Origin: Octopus vulgaris
Taxonomy: Eukaryota
Assembly (NCBI GenBank): GCA_951406725.2
Contig: OX597823.1
Location: 59,520,001 to 59,584,000, forward strand
Length of the DNA stretch: 64,000 nt
Direction of reading: 5' to 3'
Shown: one piece after another, positions 12,446-24,647 of the stretch
How positions within the stretch are numbered: position 1 is the first letter of the stretch
Layout: each line of letters starts with the position of its first letter
Translations under genes and position numbers: made by a program
Notes under the pieces: generated by a model
What the model saw: only the letters and a program-made list of their open reading frames with translations
What the model was told of the DNA's origin: nothing
Database searches by the model: none

Positions 12446-13508
12446 CCAGCTGAATTACCTGGTAATACCTGGAAAAGCAGAAATTATTTCCAGTTCTCCT
12501 TCCCATTACACTGTTTTATGTCTTGTCTCACTCCCTGTTCAGTTCCCATTTTAGTTATGCTCCCATTCCTATCCCCAATCCTATGTCAATATATAAATTT
12601 TAGAATCATTTAGGTGTAGTTAAATCACCAAATAGTTTATTAACCTTTTCATAATAATTTATTGCTAAAAATAGGTATTACAACCTATCAATATGGTTAG
12701 TGGGTGAATAAGGAATATCCCTATGTTATTTGAACAAATGAATATACATCTAAGTAAAATAAATGATTTGACCAGTAATACCAGGAAAGTGGGGGTTATT
12801 CCCAGTTCCCATTTATCATTGCAATGTTCCATGTCCTATCCCATTCCCTGTTAAGTTCCCATGTTTCTGTCCAACCCATCATTTATGGTAATAGCTTATT
12901 GCTAAAAATAGGTATTGCAAACTAAGGAATGTCCCTATGTATTTTAACAAACGAATATGCATCTGAGTAAAATCAATTAGATAAATAGATAGATTTGTAA
13001 AATCATTGACAAATACTCTGCATACTGTAGATGGCATTGTCATCTGTTGTAGCTTATTGTAGCTTATCATAGTGAGGCCATATCTCGCATCGCACAATTA
13101 AAATGATAAAGATGTTATGGTGATTTGAGATTTATTTCATCAAGTTAATCTTATGGTGAACCAACTTTCAGGTCATTGGTCATTACATTTTTTTATGTCC
13201 TATCCACACATCCCACAGTTGACCATGTCCTTAATGTGAACTTAGTGTGACATATGGGCACTGCATACGGAATTGTTTTCCTTTTGGAAAGCTGAGTTAT
13301 TCTCACAAAGGTCACATGCTATTTGCATGAAGGAGTGTATGGTTGAGCCTTACGGAAGCCTTACTTAATTCATATCAGTAGATGTGTCATTGGTTTGTAA
13401 ACATGTGCTACAGCCACCTCACTAGGTGGTCCATTATAGATTTTCATTAAAATCCATATATATATATATATATATATATATGTCCATTTAATTTTATATA
13501 AATATAGA
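12446..13508 (-). mobile_element. Non-autonomous Helitron-like element
   Basis: Minus strand starts A|TCTATATTTATATAAAA and ends with an imperfect hairpin then CTGG|T; faint LKVGSP...LC.A.RY Pif1-helicase-like remnant near 13080-13180. Confidence 0.55.
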
Positions 13509-13639
13509 TATAATTATGTTTGTGTGTGTGTGTATATATGAGTGTGCAATTTATAGGAAAGTTCCAAGGGAATAATTACAAGGTAATATAAATGTTTTAA
13601 TAGCATCCGAGCATGTGTCTCCTTTTTCAATTTTTGCTT

Positions 13640-13657
13640 TTACACACACATATATAT

Positions 13658-13704
<47 letters not shown>

Positions 13705-13973
13705 TATACACATATATATACATATATATATACATATATATATACACATATATATATATATACATATATATATATACATATATATATACACATATATATA
13801 TATATACATATATATATATACATATATATATACACATATATATATACACATATATATATATACATATATATATATATACATATATATATACACATATATA
13901 TATATACATATATATATATACATATATATATATACATATATATATACTATATATAACATATATGTATATATAC

Positions 13974-14022
<49 letters not shown>
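13640..14022. repeat. Long (TA)n/(TATATATACA)n microsatellite
   Basis: Direct. Confidence 0.95.
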
Positions 14023-14026
<4 letters not shown>

Positions 14027-14532
14027 GTATGTGTGTATATTTGTGTAATATAGAAGAAGAAAACAAAGGAATATAGCATTGCCCATGGGATTCAAATGCT
14101 GCATTTGCTGTATACTGTATAGGTGTACTTACCACATTGCTAAATGACATCACAACCCTTGACAGCCTAAATTAGTACACTTAAATTAAGAAGGTACAAT
14201 GATATACTAGTGACCTGTCAAAAGAGATTTCTGTCTACACAGTATTCAAGCTACAGTAATGTATACGCATCTATACTAATGCATGCTCACACACACACAC
14301 AAATGCACACATACACGCACATACAGACACACACACAGACACTCACACACACTCATATGTATGTATGCTTGTATGCATGTATTCATATATGAATATATTA
14401 TATAATAAAGGAAGATGGAAATATGTTGTGACATTGCCTGTGGGATTCAGTAGTTAAGTCTGTTGTTCACCATGTAGGTGTTTTAACAACTACACCCAAG
14501 TAATGTCACAACCCATAACTGTCTAAATTATC

Positions 14533-14590
<58 letters not shown>

Positions 14591-14807
14591 TGTATGTATG
14601 TATGTATGTATGTATGTATGTATGTGTATATATAAATCTCTTAAATGTTTAAATATACACTGTATTTATATGAATAATATATAGTCTATTGACTAGTTTT
14701 CTACATGCTAGGCCACTGGTAGTAAAAATTTCTAAACTTTCCTACCCTGATATTTATTAATTATATATATATCTGTCAGTCCCATTGCCTGTCTGTTTGT
14801 CTGTCAA

Positions 14808-14845
<38 letters not shown>

Positions 14846-14851
14846 TCTCTG

Positions 14852-14889
<38 letters not shown>

Positions 14890-14894
<5 letters not shown>

Positions 14895-15132
14895 TTTATT
14901 TTATTATTCTTTTACTTGCTTCAGTCATTTGACTGTGGCCGTGCTGAGCACCACCTTTAGTCGAATAGATCAACCCCAAGACCTACTCTTTGTAAGGCTT
15001 GTACTTATTCTATGAGTCTCTATTTTTTGCCAAATCACTAAGTGACGGGGACATAAACACACCATTATCAGTTGTCAAGCAATAGTGGGGGAACAAACAC
15101 AGACACAAACAACAAACATATACATATACATA
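14890..15132 (-). mobile_element. SINE family A 3' half, target of a LINE insertion
   Basis: Tail ...ttactTgcttcagtcatttgactgtggcc through acacagacac. Confidence 0.8.
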
Positions 15133-17506
15133 TGATTGATTGATTGATTGATTCTAGTTTCAACTTATGAGCTGTGGCCATGCTGGGGCACCGCCATTTG
15201 GTGTTGCTACTTGGTTTCACTTCATGGAGGCTTTCTAGCAACTGCTATTTGGTGCATGAGAGAGTTCGATGCAGCTGCCCTCATCTGCCCCTCCTGCCGT
15301 GAAGTTGGTTCATCTGGGACACCTGACAGGAAGAGATCCAGCTTCATTTTAAAGACATCTGTATCCACCCCATGCAGGTCTCTCAGGTTCTTCGGGAGGA
15401 TATTGAAGAGCTGTGGGCCTCGGAAGCCCAGGCTATCACAGAGTCTTGTCCTACATCTTGATGGCAGGTTTGGAGTCCTAGGCACCACGCAGTGGCGCCC
15501 AGTTCTGGCATTTGCATAACTCTCGATGCCAAAGTTCAGGACACTTCCCTCCAGGATCTTCCAGATGTATATTATGGCATATCTTTCCCGCCTACGCTCC
15601 AGGGAATATAATTTTAATCTCTTGAGTCTTTCCCAGTAGCTTACATTCTGCATAGAGGCTATCTTCTTTGTGTAGCTTCGTTGGATCGCCTCAAGTTCTG
15701 TGATCAACTTGACACTGGATGGTGACCATAGCTGAGAGCAATAGTCAAAGTGGCTTAGGACAAGTGTCTTCCAGAGGACCGTCATGGTTTCTTGTTCTCT
15801 TGTTCTAAAGGTTCTAAGAATCCATCCAGCCAGCCGTCTACATTTCATTGTCAGTTTAGCAACATGTACATGAAAGGTCGCGTCATCACTCATGTGAATA
15901 CCCAGGTCACGCACTGATTGTGCCTCTGGGATTGCAATCCCTCCGGGTCCAGTGTATTCATTGGGTATTGCATTCAGTTTTGCATGCTGATAGTATAAAG
16001 CTTGAAACTTTCCAGCATTGAACTGCATGCTATTCTTTTCAGCCCACTTGTATATTTCGTCCAGCTCACATTGCAGGTGTTTAGTGTCCTCAGGGTTCTG
16101 TATTGCCTGTGAAACTTTTGTATCATCTGCATAACTTGTGATCGTGGATCTCTGCGTGGCTGAGGGCATGTCTGAGAGGGCCATTATGAACAGTAGTGGT
16201 CCCAAAACAGTGCCCTGTGGAACACCGCTCACTATTTGCGTGCTAATGGAAGTGGCCCCATTGGCTACTACCACCTGACTTCTATTCTTCAGAAAGTCAT
16301 GAAGCCATTCTCCTAGTTTTCCAACTATGCCAAGATCACGCAGTTTGTGACATATCATTCCATGATCGACTTTATCGAAGGCCTTTGCGAAGTCGAGATA
16401 TATGACTTCAACATTTGAGTGGTTGAGCAGTTGTTTCAGCACCCAGTCATAGTGCTGAAGGAGCTGAGTTAAGCAGCTTCTTCCTGGTCGGAAACCATGT
16501 TGGGTGTCAGGCAGCAAGTCATTTTCTTCAAGGAAGGTGATTAGTTTCCTTCTGACTATTCGTTCCATGACCTTGCTGATGTGTGAGGTCAGAGAGATAG
16601 GTCTGTAATTCTTGGCCTCCGCTCTGCTACCTCCTTTATGAATAGGGCATATTTTACCTTCCTTCAGTCCCCTTGGAAGTTTGCCAGCTGCAAGGAAGCT
16701 CTGAAAGAGGAACTGCAGTGGTCTTGCTAAGACTCTCTTACATACTTTTAGGAGGATTGCCGGGAATCCATCGGGGCCAATAGCTGAGTCTATTTTCATT
16801 TCATCTATAGCCTTTATTACATCGTCTTCCTTTATATCGATGTAATTTATCGTCGCCGCCTCTGATTCTATATCTGCAGTGGTAAAGAAGTCAGTTGGAT
16901 TGCTGATTTGGAAATGCCCAAGGGGTGGAGTGAAAACACTCTTGAATTGTTCATTCAGTATTTCACTTACCCTCATTGGTTTTCCTGTGAGTGTGCCATC
17001 CTTTTCAAGGAGTGGCCCTATCCTACAGTGCACCGTAGCTGTTTCTTTGGCATACCTGTAGAAAGCTCTGGGGTTAGTTTTTATGTTGTCTATAGCCCAG
17101 GCTTCTTTGTCTGCTCTTTCCTTCTCATGGGAGAGTTGCAGACAATTTTCAATTTCCAACAGTTTTATTTTCAGGCGGGACTTTTCACTGCTTTCAATTT
17201 GTTTGTTTAGGCGATTTGAAATTTTTGTACGCCGTCATAAACACACCATTATCAGTTGTCAAGCAATAGTTTCCAGTTTGCCTTATTGAAGTTCAAGCTG
17301 GAAAGATTCTGAGGGTTTCTTGTAGGCTGCATGTCCGTGCTCTCTTTTGGCCCGTACATGGTCAGAACAGAGATCCAGTGTGTTACCTGCTCTGGTTGGT
17401 TGCAGTATTACTTGCTCCATGTACAGGGTGTTGGTGAGGTTCAGGAGGGACCTCGCCTGTCCACGTTCACATCTTGTCATTCCTGGGAGAGAAAGGCCCT
17501 CGGGCC
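15133..17506 (-). mobile_element. 5'-truncated CR1-group LINE with (AATC)n tail
   Basis: (TGAT)n at 15133-15152; RT ORF; C-terminal endonuclease-region pieces at 17271-17506 (QPTRAGNTLDLC, LNFNKANWK); acacagacacaaa.aa.aaacatata repeated on both flanks as a TSD-like sequence. Confidence 0.9.
15222..17159 (-). CDS. LINE reverse transcriptase (CR1 group), open 645-aa C-terminal part of ORF2
   Basis: Motifs GPDG, NYRPISLTS, QHGFRPGRSC, YLDFAKAFDKVDH, GVPQGTVLGPLLF, YADDTK, RDLGI, LEAIQR..TK, SLERRR. Confidence 0.92.
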   Translation of the reverse strand: MEIENCLQLSHEKERADKEAWAIDNIKTNPRAFYRYAKETATVHCRIGPLLEKDGTLTGKPMRVSEILNEQFKSVFTPPLGHFQISNPTDFFTTADIESEAATINYIDIKEDDVIKAIDEMKIDSAIGPDGFPAILLKVCKRVLARPLQFLFQSFLAAGKLPRGLKEGKICPIHKGGSRAEAKNYRPISLTSHISKVMERIVRRKLITFLEENDLLPDTQHGFRPGRSCLTQLLQHYDWVLKQLLNHSNVEVIYLDFAKAFDKVDHGMICHKLRDLGIVGKLGEWLHDFLKNRSQVVVANGATSISTQIVSGVPQGTVLGPLLFIMALSDMPSATQRSTITSYADDTKVSQAIQNPEDTKHLQCELDEIYKWAEKNSMQFNAGKFQALYYQHAKLNAIPNEYTGPGGIAIPEAQSVRDLGIHMSDDATFHVHVAKLTMKCRRLAGWILRTFRTREQETMTVLWKTLVLSHFDYCSQLWSPSSVKLITELEAIQRSYTKKIASMQNVSYWERLKRLKLYSLERRRERYAIIYIWKILEGSVLNFGIESYANARTGRHCVVPRTPNLPSRCRTRLCDSLGFRGPQLFNILPKNLRDLHGVDTDVFKMKLDLFLSGVPDEPTSRQEGQMRAAASNSLMHQIAVARKPP

Positions 17507-17563
17507 ACACAGACACAAAAAAACAAACATATATATGTATGTATGTATATGTATATATATGCA

Positions 17564-18389
17564 CAAGGTTGAATCAAAAAGTTCCTGGACTAGATCTGTT
17601 GTGCACCAACAGTTGTCAGCACACAGTTGCATGTGCAATAAGCACTAGCAGTGACCTTCAGGAAGTAGCGTGCTGATTAACATTGCTCTGTTTACATTGC
17701 AAGTTGTGAAATTTGTGTTTTTGTGATCATGTGCATGCTTTAATCTGCGATTTTGTCATGGACAGGAACAACTTGAGAAGTTTGTTACAGAGATGTTGAG
17801 CATGCTTCGGCTAGCTTCTGGTAATGAGGCAACATGTTGTATTCAAGGTTCCAAGCAGCATGGATGCTTCAAAAGTGGAAGTACTTCTCTGGAAGACAAT
17901 GAGTGATCTGAAAAACCTCTAGAAATGTGGTTCTGTGCTCTGAGAATTCATCTAGACTATCAAACAAGAGTTCTACTTTTGTGATGCTTTGAAATGTTTA
18001 AGGGAGGCAACTGGATCTGTGGAGTGTGAAGGATTGGTTTCTTCACCATGCTCTTATTACTCATATGTTTCAACATGGTATTGTTTCGGCACCCACTCTA
18101 TCTGCCAGATTTAGCACCTGTGGATTTCAATCTCTTCTCCAAGATGAAAAATGCAGCTCAAAGGTCGCTGTTTTAACACTATTGCTGAGATCCAGAGTGA
18201 ATCACAGAATGTTCATGTTTTGTTTATGGAAAACGAGTTCCATGGCAGATTCCAAAAGTGGCAAGTACACTGGGACTGGTATATTGTTGTGCCAGGTGAC
18301 TATCTCAAAGGAAAAGGTGTTAAAACTTAGATGGATAGGTTATTTTTTATTAAATATAACTAATCCTTGAATCTTTTCATACCAACTGG
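17564..18389 (+). mobile_element. Decayed mariner transposon
   Basis: Degenerate TIRs caaggttgaatcaaaaagttc / gaatcttttcataccaactgg; remnants WFLHH, HPLYLPDLAPVDFNLF (YSPDLAP-like); right end duplicated at ~18415-18482. Confidence 0.75.
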
Positions 18390-18479
18390 TATATATATAT
18401 ATATAAAGAAGAATTAAAACTTATATGGATAGGTTATTTTTTATTAAATATAAAATCCTTGAATCTTTTCATACCAACT

Positions 18480-18531
<52 letters not shown>

Positions 18532-18599
18532 TAGTTATCTCTGTCTGTCCAGCTGTCTCTCTCTCTCTCTAGATATCTATATATATCCACAGCATTGAA

Positions 18600-19250
18600 C
18601 CAACTCTAAATGACATTTATTTAGTTGGGAATAAGCTGAATAACAATAAGTCTCCTGGGTCTGATGGAATATGTGCAGAAGTTTTGAAATATAGGGGTGA
18701 CAAGATGTTTGCACTCTTAAATATATTAATTTGTCACTTTTGGAGAACTGAGAAAGTGCCTTAATACTGGATTGATACCATTTTAGTCTCCTTGTATAAA
18801 TCGGGGCCAAAGGATCTGTGTGGTAATAACACAAGTAAGACTCAAGAGAGATCTAAAGAAGAATGTAACGATTGAGAAGGTGAAGGACAATGACCTTTTG
18901 TGTGCACAGTCTGTGAAAGATCATGCCTGTCTTTTGCTGGCCTCAAAATGCATCTGTGAACGCATGGAAAACAAACCTCCACTAACTATTCTACCTATAT
19001 GTCTGTGCACACCTTTGAATGAAGTGTATGCCAGGTCTGCTACTCCAACGGAGGACTCAAGAGGCATTTTAAGGTCCACAAAGAGCAGAACTTATCTGCA
19101 GCTCTTGGTGGTCCAAATTGGAAGTGCAATCTATGTGAGTATATTTTCAGAACATTGTCTGGTTTAAAAAACCACATCAGATGCCATGATAGTGTTAAGG
19201 TGTAGGTACAGGAGGTGGTCAAACTCTGCATAAGGAGTAGACAACCACCA
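18600..19250 (+). mobile_element. Decayed RTE-like LINE fragment
   Basis: KSPGSDGICAEVLK-like start, LYK..G, C-terminal zinc-knuckle-like C..C....GL.NH. Confidence 0.45.
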
Positions 19251-19270
19251 TATGTATATATATATATGTA

Positions 19271-19309
<39 letters not shown>

Positions 19310-19330
19310 ATATATATATATATTTGTGTG

Positions 19331-19361
<31 letters not shown>

Positions 19362-19364
19362 ATG

Positions 19365-19398
<34 letters not shown>

Positions 19399-20713
19399 TA
19401 TGTATATGTGTGCGTGTATGTGTGTATATATATGTATATATGTGTATGTATATATATACATATATATATATATATATAATATATAAATATATGCATATAT
19501 ACATACATATATTTACATACCTAATATATATGTATATATACATGCACATATGGGTACAGGACATAAAAAAAATGTTGAACACAATGAGAAACGAAAACAT
19601 AAAAACAAAAACATAGAGACAAACTTTTTTCCAAACAACAAAAAAAACAGAGAAACGAGACATATAACACAAACACACACACAAATATATATATATACAC
19701 ATATATACATATGTATGTGTGTATGTATGTATGTATGTATGTATGTATGTATGTATGTATGTACGTATGTATGTATGTATGTATGTGTGTGTGTATGTAC
19801 GTATGTATGTAAGTTTATATACATATGTATTTATAATGTATACATTTTTGTCCTGAAATGTGAATAAATCCTTGTCTGGTTCAACTCAGAAATAATTCAA
19901 ATAATGAATTCATTATTTGTCTCTTTCATTCTATTAATTCAATGTAGTAGGGTTAAGATTAAAAATATCTTCATGGAAATATGATTATTAATTTTCATCT
20001 CATTTTGTTTCTAATGTCATTAAGTTATCAATATTTTGAGATCTTCATAACCTCATAGCTTCCACAATAAAAGAGTTTTGAGAAAAAAAAAATCAAAGAC
20101 TGACGCTGCTAGTGTGTGAGACAGGAGGAGAAAGTGAAAAACGAAAGCGAGACAGAATTGGGAAACAGAGAAAGAGAGCGAAAGAGAAAAACGAAAGACA
20201 ATAAAGCTATAGAATAAGTGAGAGCGGGAGGGGATTGAGAGTGGTGAAAGGGAGAGGGGTGATTGTGGTGTGAGAGACAAGAGAGAGATTTGGTCAAGTA
20301 GCAGTAGAAGGTCCTTTAAATGGAAACTAATTCACCTGGAACAATGAATTATATCCTGAAGCACTGACAGTCAACAAATAAATATTAATTAAGATTTTCT
20401 TTTATTAGACAATTAAGAGCTTGGTGTCATCCCACATGGAAAATAAAGAAATTAGGATAGCATAATAAGTGAAAGTACTTAATTGATGTGCCACATTATA
20501 TCAGCAGTTAAGAAGAAAACTTTATATCTCAGCTAAATATACTTTGACAAGAATCTATAATACAGACCTCATTAGAGACTGTGTTAATGGTTAAGAAATC
20601 AGTTAGCGAATTTGTCATTGACGTACATAAGATAGATTTAGCTCTAATGTAACAATTTTCTATAGGATTACTTGTAAGAATATAGCATAAAATTTTTTTT
20701 TTAATATCGTTAT

Positions 20714-21215
20714 AGGCACAGGCGTGGTTGTGTGATAAGAAGATTGCTTCCCAACTGCATGGTTCTGGGTTCCGTCCCACTGCATGACACCTTGGGCAAG
20801 TGTCTTGTTCAATTGCCCAAGGCCAACTAAAGTCTTGTAAGTGGATTTAATGGAGAGAAACTGAAAGTAGCCTACCATATGTATGTCTGTGTGTGTGTGT
20901 ATATATATATCATCATCATCATCGTCGTCGTCATTTAACGTCCACTTTCCATGCTGGCATGGGTTGGACAGTTTGACTGAGGACTGGTGAGACAGAGGCT
21001 GCACCAGGCTCAATCTGATCTGGCAAAATTTCTACAGCTGGATGCCCTTCCTAATACCAACCACTCCGAGAGTGTAGTGAGTGCTTTTTACATTCCACCG
21101 GCACATGTGCTGGTAAGGCAACACTGGCAACAATCATGCTCGGATATGCTTTTAACGTTCCACTGGCATGTGTGCCAATCAGTCGGTACTGTCATTGGCC
21201 ACGTCAGCAATTTTG

Positions 21216-21249
<34 letters not shown>

Positions 21250-21650
21250 ATGTGTGAATGCATGTGGTGGGGTCGTCCCCTCCATTGCTTGACAACAGAG
21301 ACTAATATAATAAGTACAAGGCTTTTTTTTTAATTAACCCTTTAGTGTTCACATTATTCTGCCAAAATTAATCCTTTTTTATCCACATTGTTTTGAACTA
21401 ATCATGCATTATCTTGTAGCTATGAGATTTTGATGCGGTAGCTGTTAATTTTTAAAATGATAATGTAAGGTTGGTGTGAGAGACCAGATCTGGCCAGTTT
21501 GACCATAAAACAGTCAGAATACTTTTGGCTGGATATGGCCGGTTTAAATGCTAAAGGGTTAAATACTGAGGTGAATTCATTCAACTAAAAACTCTTCAAG
21601 ACAATGCCCCAGCACATCCATAGACTAATGGCTGATAGAAGTAAAAGACA
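20714..21650 (+). mobile_element. SINE family A copy carrying two nested insertions
   Basis: Head 20714-20880, RTE 3' end (-) at 20910-21212, SINE body 21270-21330, TTAA MITE, SINE tail 21563-21650. Confidence 0.75.
21334..21562. mobile_element. piggyBac-type MITE (TTAA target duplication)
   Basis: ttaa|ccctttagtgtt ... aatgctaaaggg|ttaa; another right end at ~54550-54599. Confidence 0.8.
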
Positions 21651-22539
21651 ATGGATACAATAAAAGTAGGGAATGATAAAACCGAATTGTTTGTATTATC
21701 AAGAAAATAATTAGCATGATGAGATTCGGTTATAATACCTTTACAACTTTTGTTATCAATTCAAAAACAGCTCAAGTTTCCTTTTCCATTCATCTTTCCA
21801 CGATTAGATGACACTTCAAACAATTATCTTTGACTATAGGCTCACGTGTATCAGTACCTTATGGAGTGGGATTTGGTTACCTAAATCTGTTCTTAAGTCT
21901 GTCGTATCTATACAAAATTAAATACCAGCTCATCACCATCCTTAATTTTTCCTTGTTAAAGATGCTTTTATCCTGAAATATCGAAACATATGGTAAAGTA
22001 TAAACAGTTGTTTTATCTTCACTACTTCTGTTCTATCTCCATTATTTCTAAGTTTTGTTGTACTTGCTTCTAAAACCATTTTGATGAACTAGAGAGCAAC
22101 GTGAAATAAAGTGTCTTGCTCAAGAACACAACACACAGCCTGGTCCAAGAATCGAACTCACAACCTTATGATTGTAAGCTCAACACTGCAACCACTGAAT
22201 CATGCATGTGAATACTGATCTAATTGTACACAGTGCTCAGGTGCACTACAAAGTATGTCTCTTTCCCCTTTGTTAGTAGTAGTTGTTTTATTGTACAGTT
22301 GACAGTCCATTTTCATTATGTGTGACTATGCTATTGTCTTACAATGAACATAGACTAACTGCAGCTGCTAAATATGAAAACTTAACACGTGATTTAGAAA
22401 ATTGTGGCTTTCTTACAAGAAAGAACAAAAAACAACATGGAGAAACTCTGAAGAATTAGACAAATCTAAGCTTGAGGGGATGGAGGAGCAGGTGTAATGA
22501 CTGATGTTTTTTTACTGAGATTAGATTTTGCGATTAGAT

Positions 22540-23095
22540 CATCATAGTCATCGTTACTGTCATTTTGCTGTCATTATTGACTTCAGCGTTATCATGAGCC
22601 GCATGAACCACATCCTCCTCATCATCATCATCATTATCACCCTCATCCTCTTTCTCTTCCTTCTCCTCCTCCTCCTCATCATCATCACCATCATAATTCA
22701 CTTCCTCTTCCCCATCCACTTCATCATCATCATCTTTCTCCCTCTTCTTCCTCCTCCTCCTCCACCTCATCATCATCATAATCCTTCTCATCCTGATCGT
22801 CATCCTCATTCTCATCATAACCATCATCAGGATTATTATCTGCCATTACTTTCAACTAACCACATCATTACCCTCATCATACTATTTACTATTTATCCTC
22901 ATCATTATGACTAAATTTTTGTCTATCATCATCACCATTATCATCATCATCATCTCCTTCATACCCCTACGCTTTCTCACTATCATCATCAGCAGTTGTG
23001 TAGCCGTTGTCATTGCACTTGTCAGTGTCTTCATTTGTATTATCCTCACTTGTCAAGTATCATCATCATCATCATCATCATCATTATTAATTATC
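22540..23095. repeat. Degenerate (CAT)n/(CCT)n low-complexity tract
   Basis: Direct. Confidence 0.9.
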
Positions 23096-23497
23096 TTTAC
23101 AGTCGTTTTTTTTTTTCAATTTTGTTTATTGTTTTGTATTGTCTTGTTTTTTTGTTTTGCTTCATTTTTGCAATATCGCAAACCTTAGATTCTTAGGGTT
23201 GTAATATTGCAATCTCTTAGCTTCCACTCACAAAGGTAATTGTCAAAGCAAGACAATGGTAAAAGACACCTGACCAAGGTCGCAGTAGCATTGAACCTGG
23301 AGCCAATTAGTTGTGAGGCAAACTTCTGTGACCACACATGAGTTGCAGGCACACAAATTCATATTTCCTATTTTCAGACCAAACTAATAAAAAAAAATCA
23401 ACAATAAGGAACAATTCAATAATGAAACAAGACTATTAACATATCAATATATATATAAAAGTGTGTGTATGTGTATATGTATATGCAATGATGTATT

Positions 23498-23553
<56 letters not shown>

Positions 23554-23573
23554 ATTGTTAAAGAGGACAACAA

Positions 23574-23777
23574 GCTTAAAGGCAAGGCAAACATCTCAAG
23601 TCATATACATAATTATTACTATTGGAAAAAATATGAAGTTTTACAGCTGTTTCTGGGATATCCCAGAGAATGAGAAATCTCAGAAATAGCTGTAAGACTT
23701 TGAATTTTTTCCAATAATATTAATGTATATGACTTGAGATGTTTGCCTTGCCTTTAAGCAATTGGGGAATAGGCTTG

Positions 23778-23780
<3 letters not shown>
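23574..23780. repeat. Fold-back (~85-bp arms) carrying the 3' half of an HHR in each arm, between microsatellites
   Basis: 23574-23658 inverted versus 23677-23759; each arm has GAAA(C/T)AGCTGTA at the inner end. Confidence 0.7.
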
Positions 23781-23829
<49 letters not shown>

Positions 23830-23831
<2 letters not shown>

Positions 23832-24340
23832 TTTAATGAGAATGGATCAGCTCTGGAAAAGAAATGAACCAGACAACCAAGAAGTGCTCATACTCCACAG
23901 AATATCAAGGCTCTATGTGCTTCACTCCTACAGAGCCCGTGGCACTCTGATTATAACTAAACAGCTGCAGTAAGGTTGTCCCAAGAGAACATTCACCAAA
24001 TTCTCCATTTTGACTGAAAATTTCATCCAAACAAGTCGCAGATCAGGCAAGAACTGAAGAAGAATGGTCACCAATTGCAATTAGAATTCTGTCAAAAAAA
24101 TTATGAAAAATATAAATGAAAACAACAAATTTCTGAACAAGCTGTGGATGTCAGTTGAGGCCCAATTTCATCTCACAGGTTATGTGGACAAGCAGAATTA
24201 TCATCAGTGTGAAGACAACAAACCTAAAGAATTTCATGAAAGCCCCTTACACAGCAGCATGGTGATAATATGGTGTGCAGTTTCATCACATGGGGTCATC
24301 GGCCTTACTTGTCATCTACAGGGCATAATTTTCAGATATT
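23830..24340 (+). mobile_element. Tc1/mariner-superfamily transposase remnant
   Basis: WMSVEAQFHLTGYVDKQN..., E.PLHS..V.IWCAVSSHGVIG (first catalytic D region, mutated). Confidence 0.7.
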
Positions 24341-24344
24341 AATA

Positions 24345-24647
24345 ATTTGACTTTATTTACATTTGATGGATGTTTGTCTTCAGCTTGTCTGTTGTTAACA
24401 CAATGTTTCAGCTGATATACCTTCCAGCCTTCATCAGGTTTCTTGGGTGAAATTTCGAACCTGGGTTCTCATTTCTAAGGAATTTTTCGATGTTATTATT
24501 ACTATTATTATTCAGGTCACTGCCTGGAATCAACCTCAGAATCTTGGGGTTAGTAGCCTGTGCTCTTAACCACTACACCATATATCCATCAAATGTAAAT
24601 AAAATAAATAATGTACATAATTCCTCATCTCTTAAATATAGAACTGT
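24345..24647 (-). mobile_element. Second copy of the tRNA-headed HHR SINE-like element, with short inverted 3' tail
   Basis: tRNA-like head 24514-24583 (-), short (AAT)n, body, HHR; 24582-24647 is the family 3' end in the opposite orientation. Confidence 0.8.
24397..24442 (-). ncRNA. Minimal hammerhead ribozyme motif
   Basis: Minus strand: gaaac CTGATGA a ggctg gaaggtatat cagct GAAAC ATT gtgtt (canonical CUGAUGA core; GTT changed to ATT). Confidence 0.65.
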
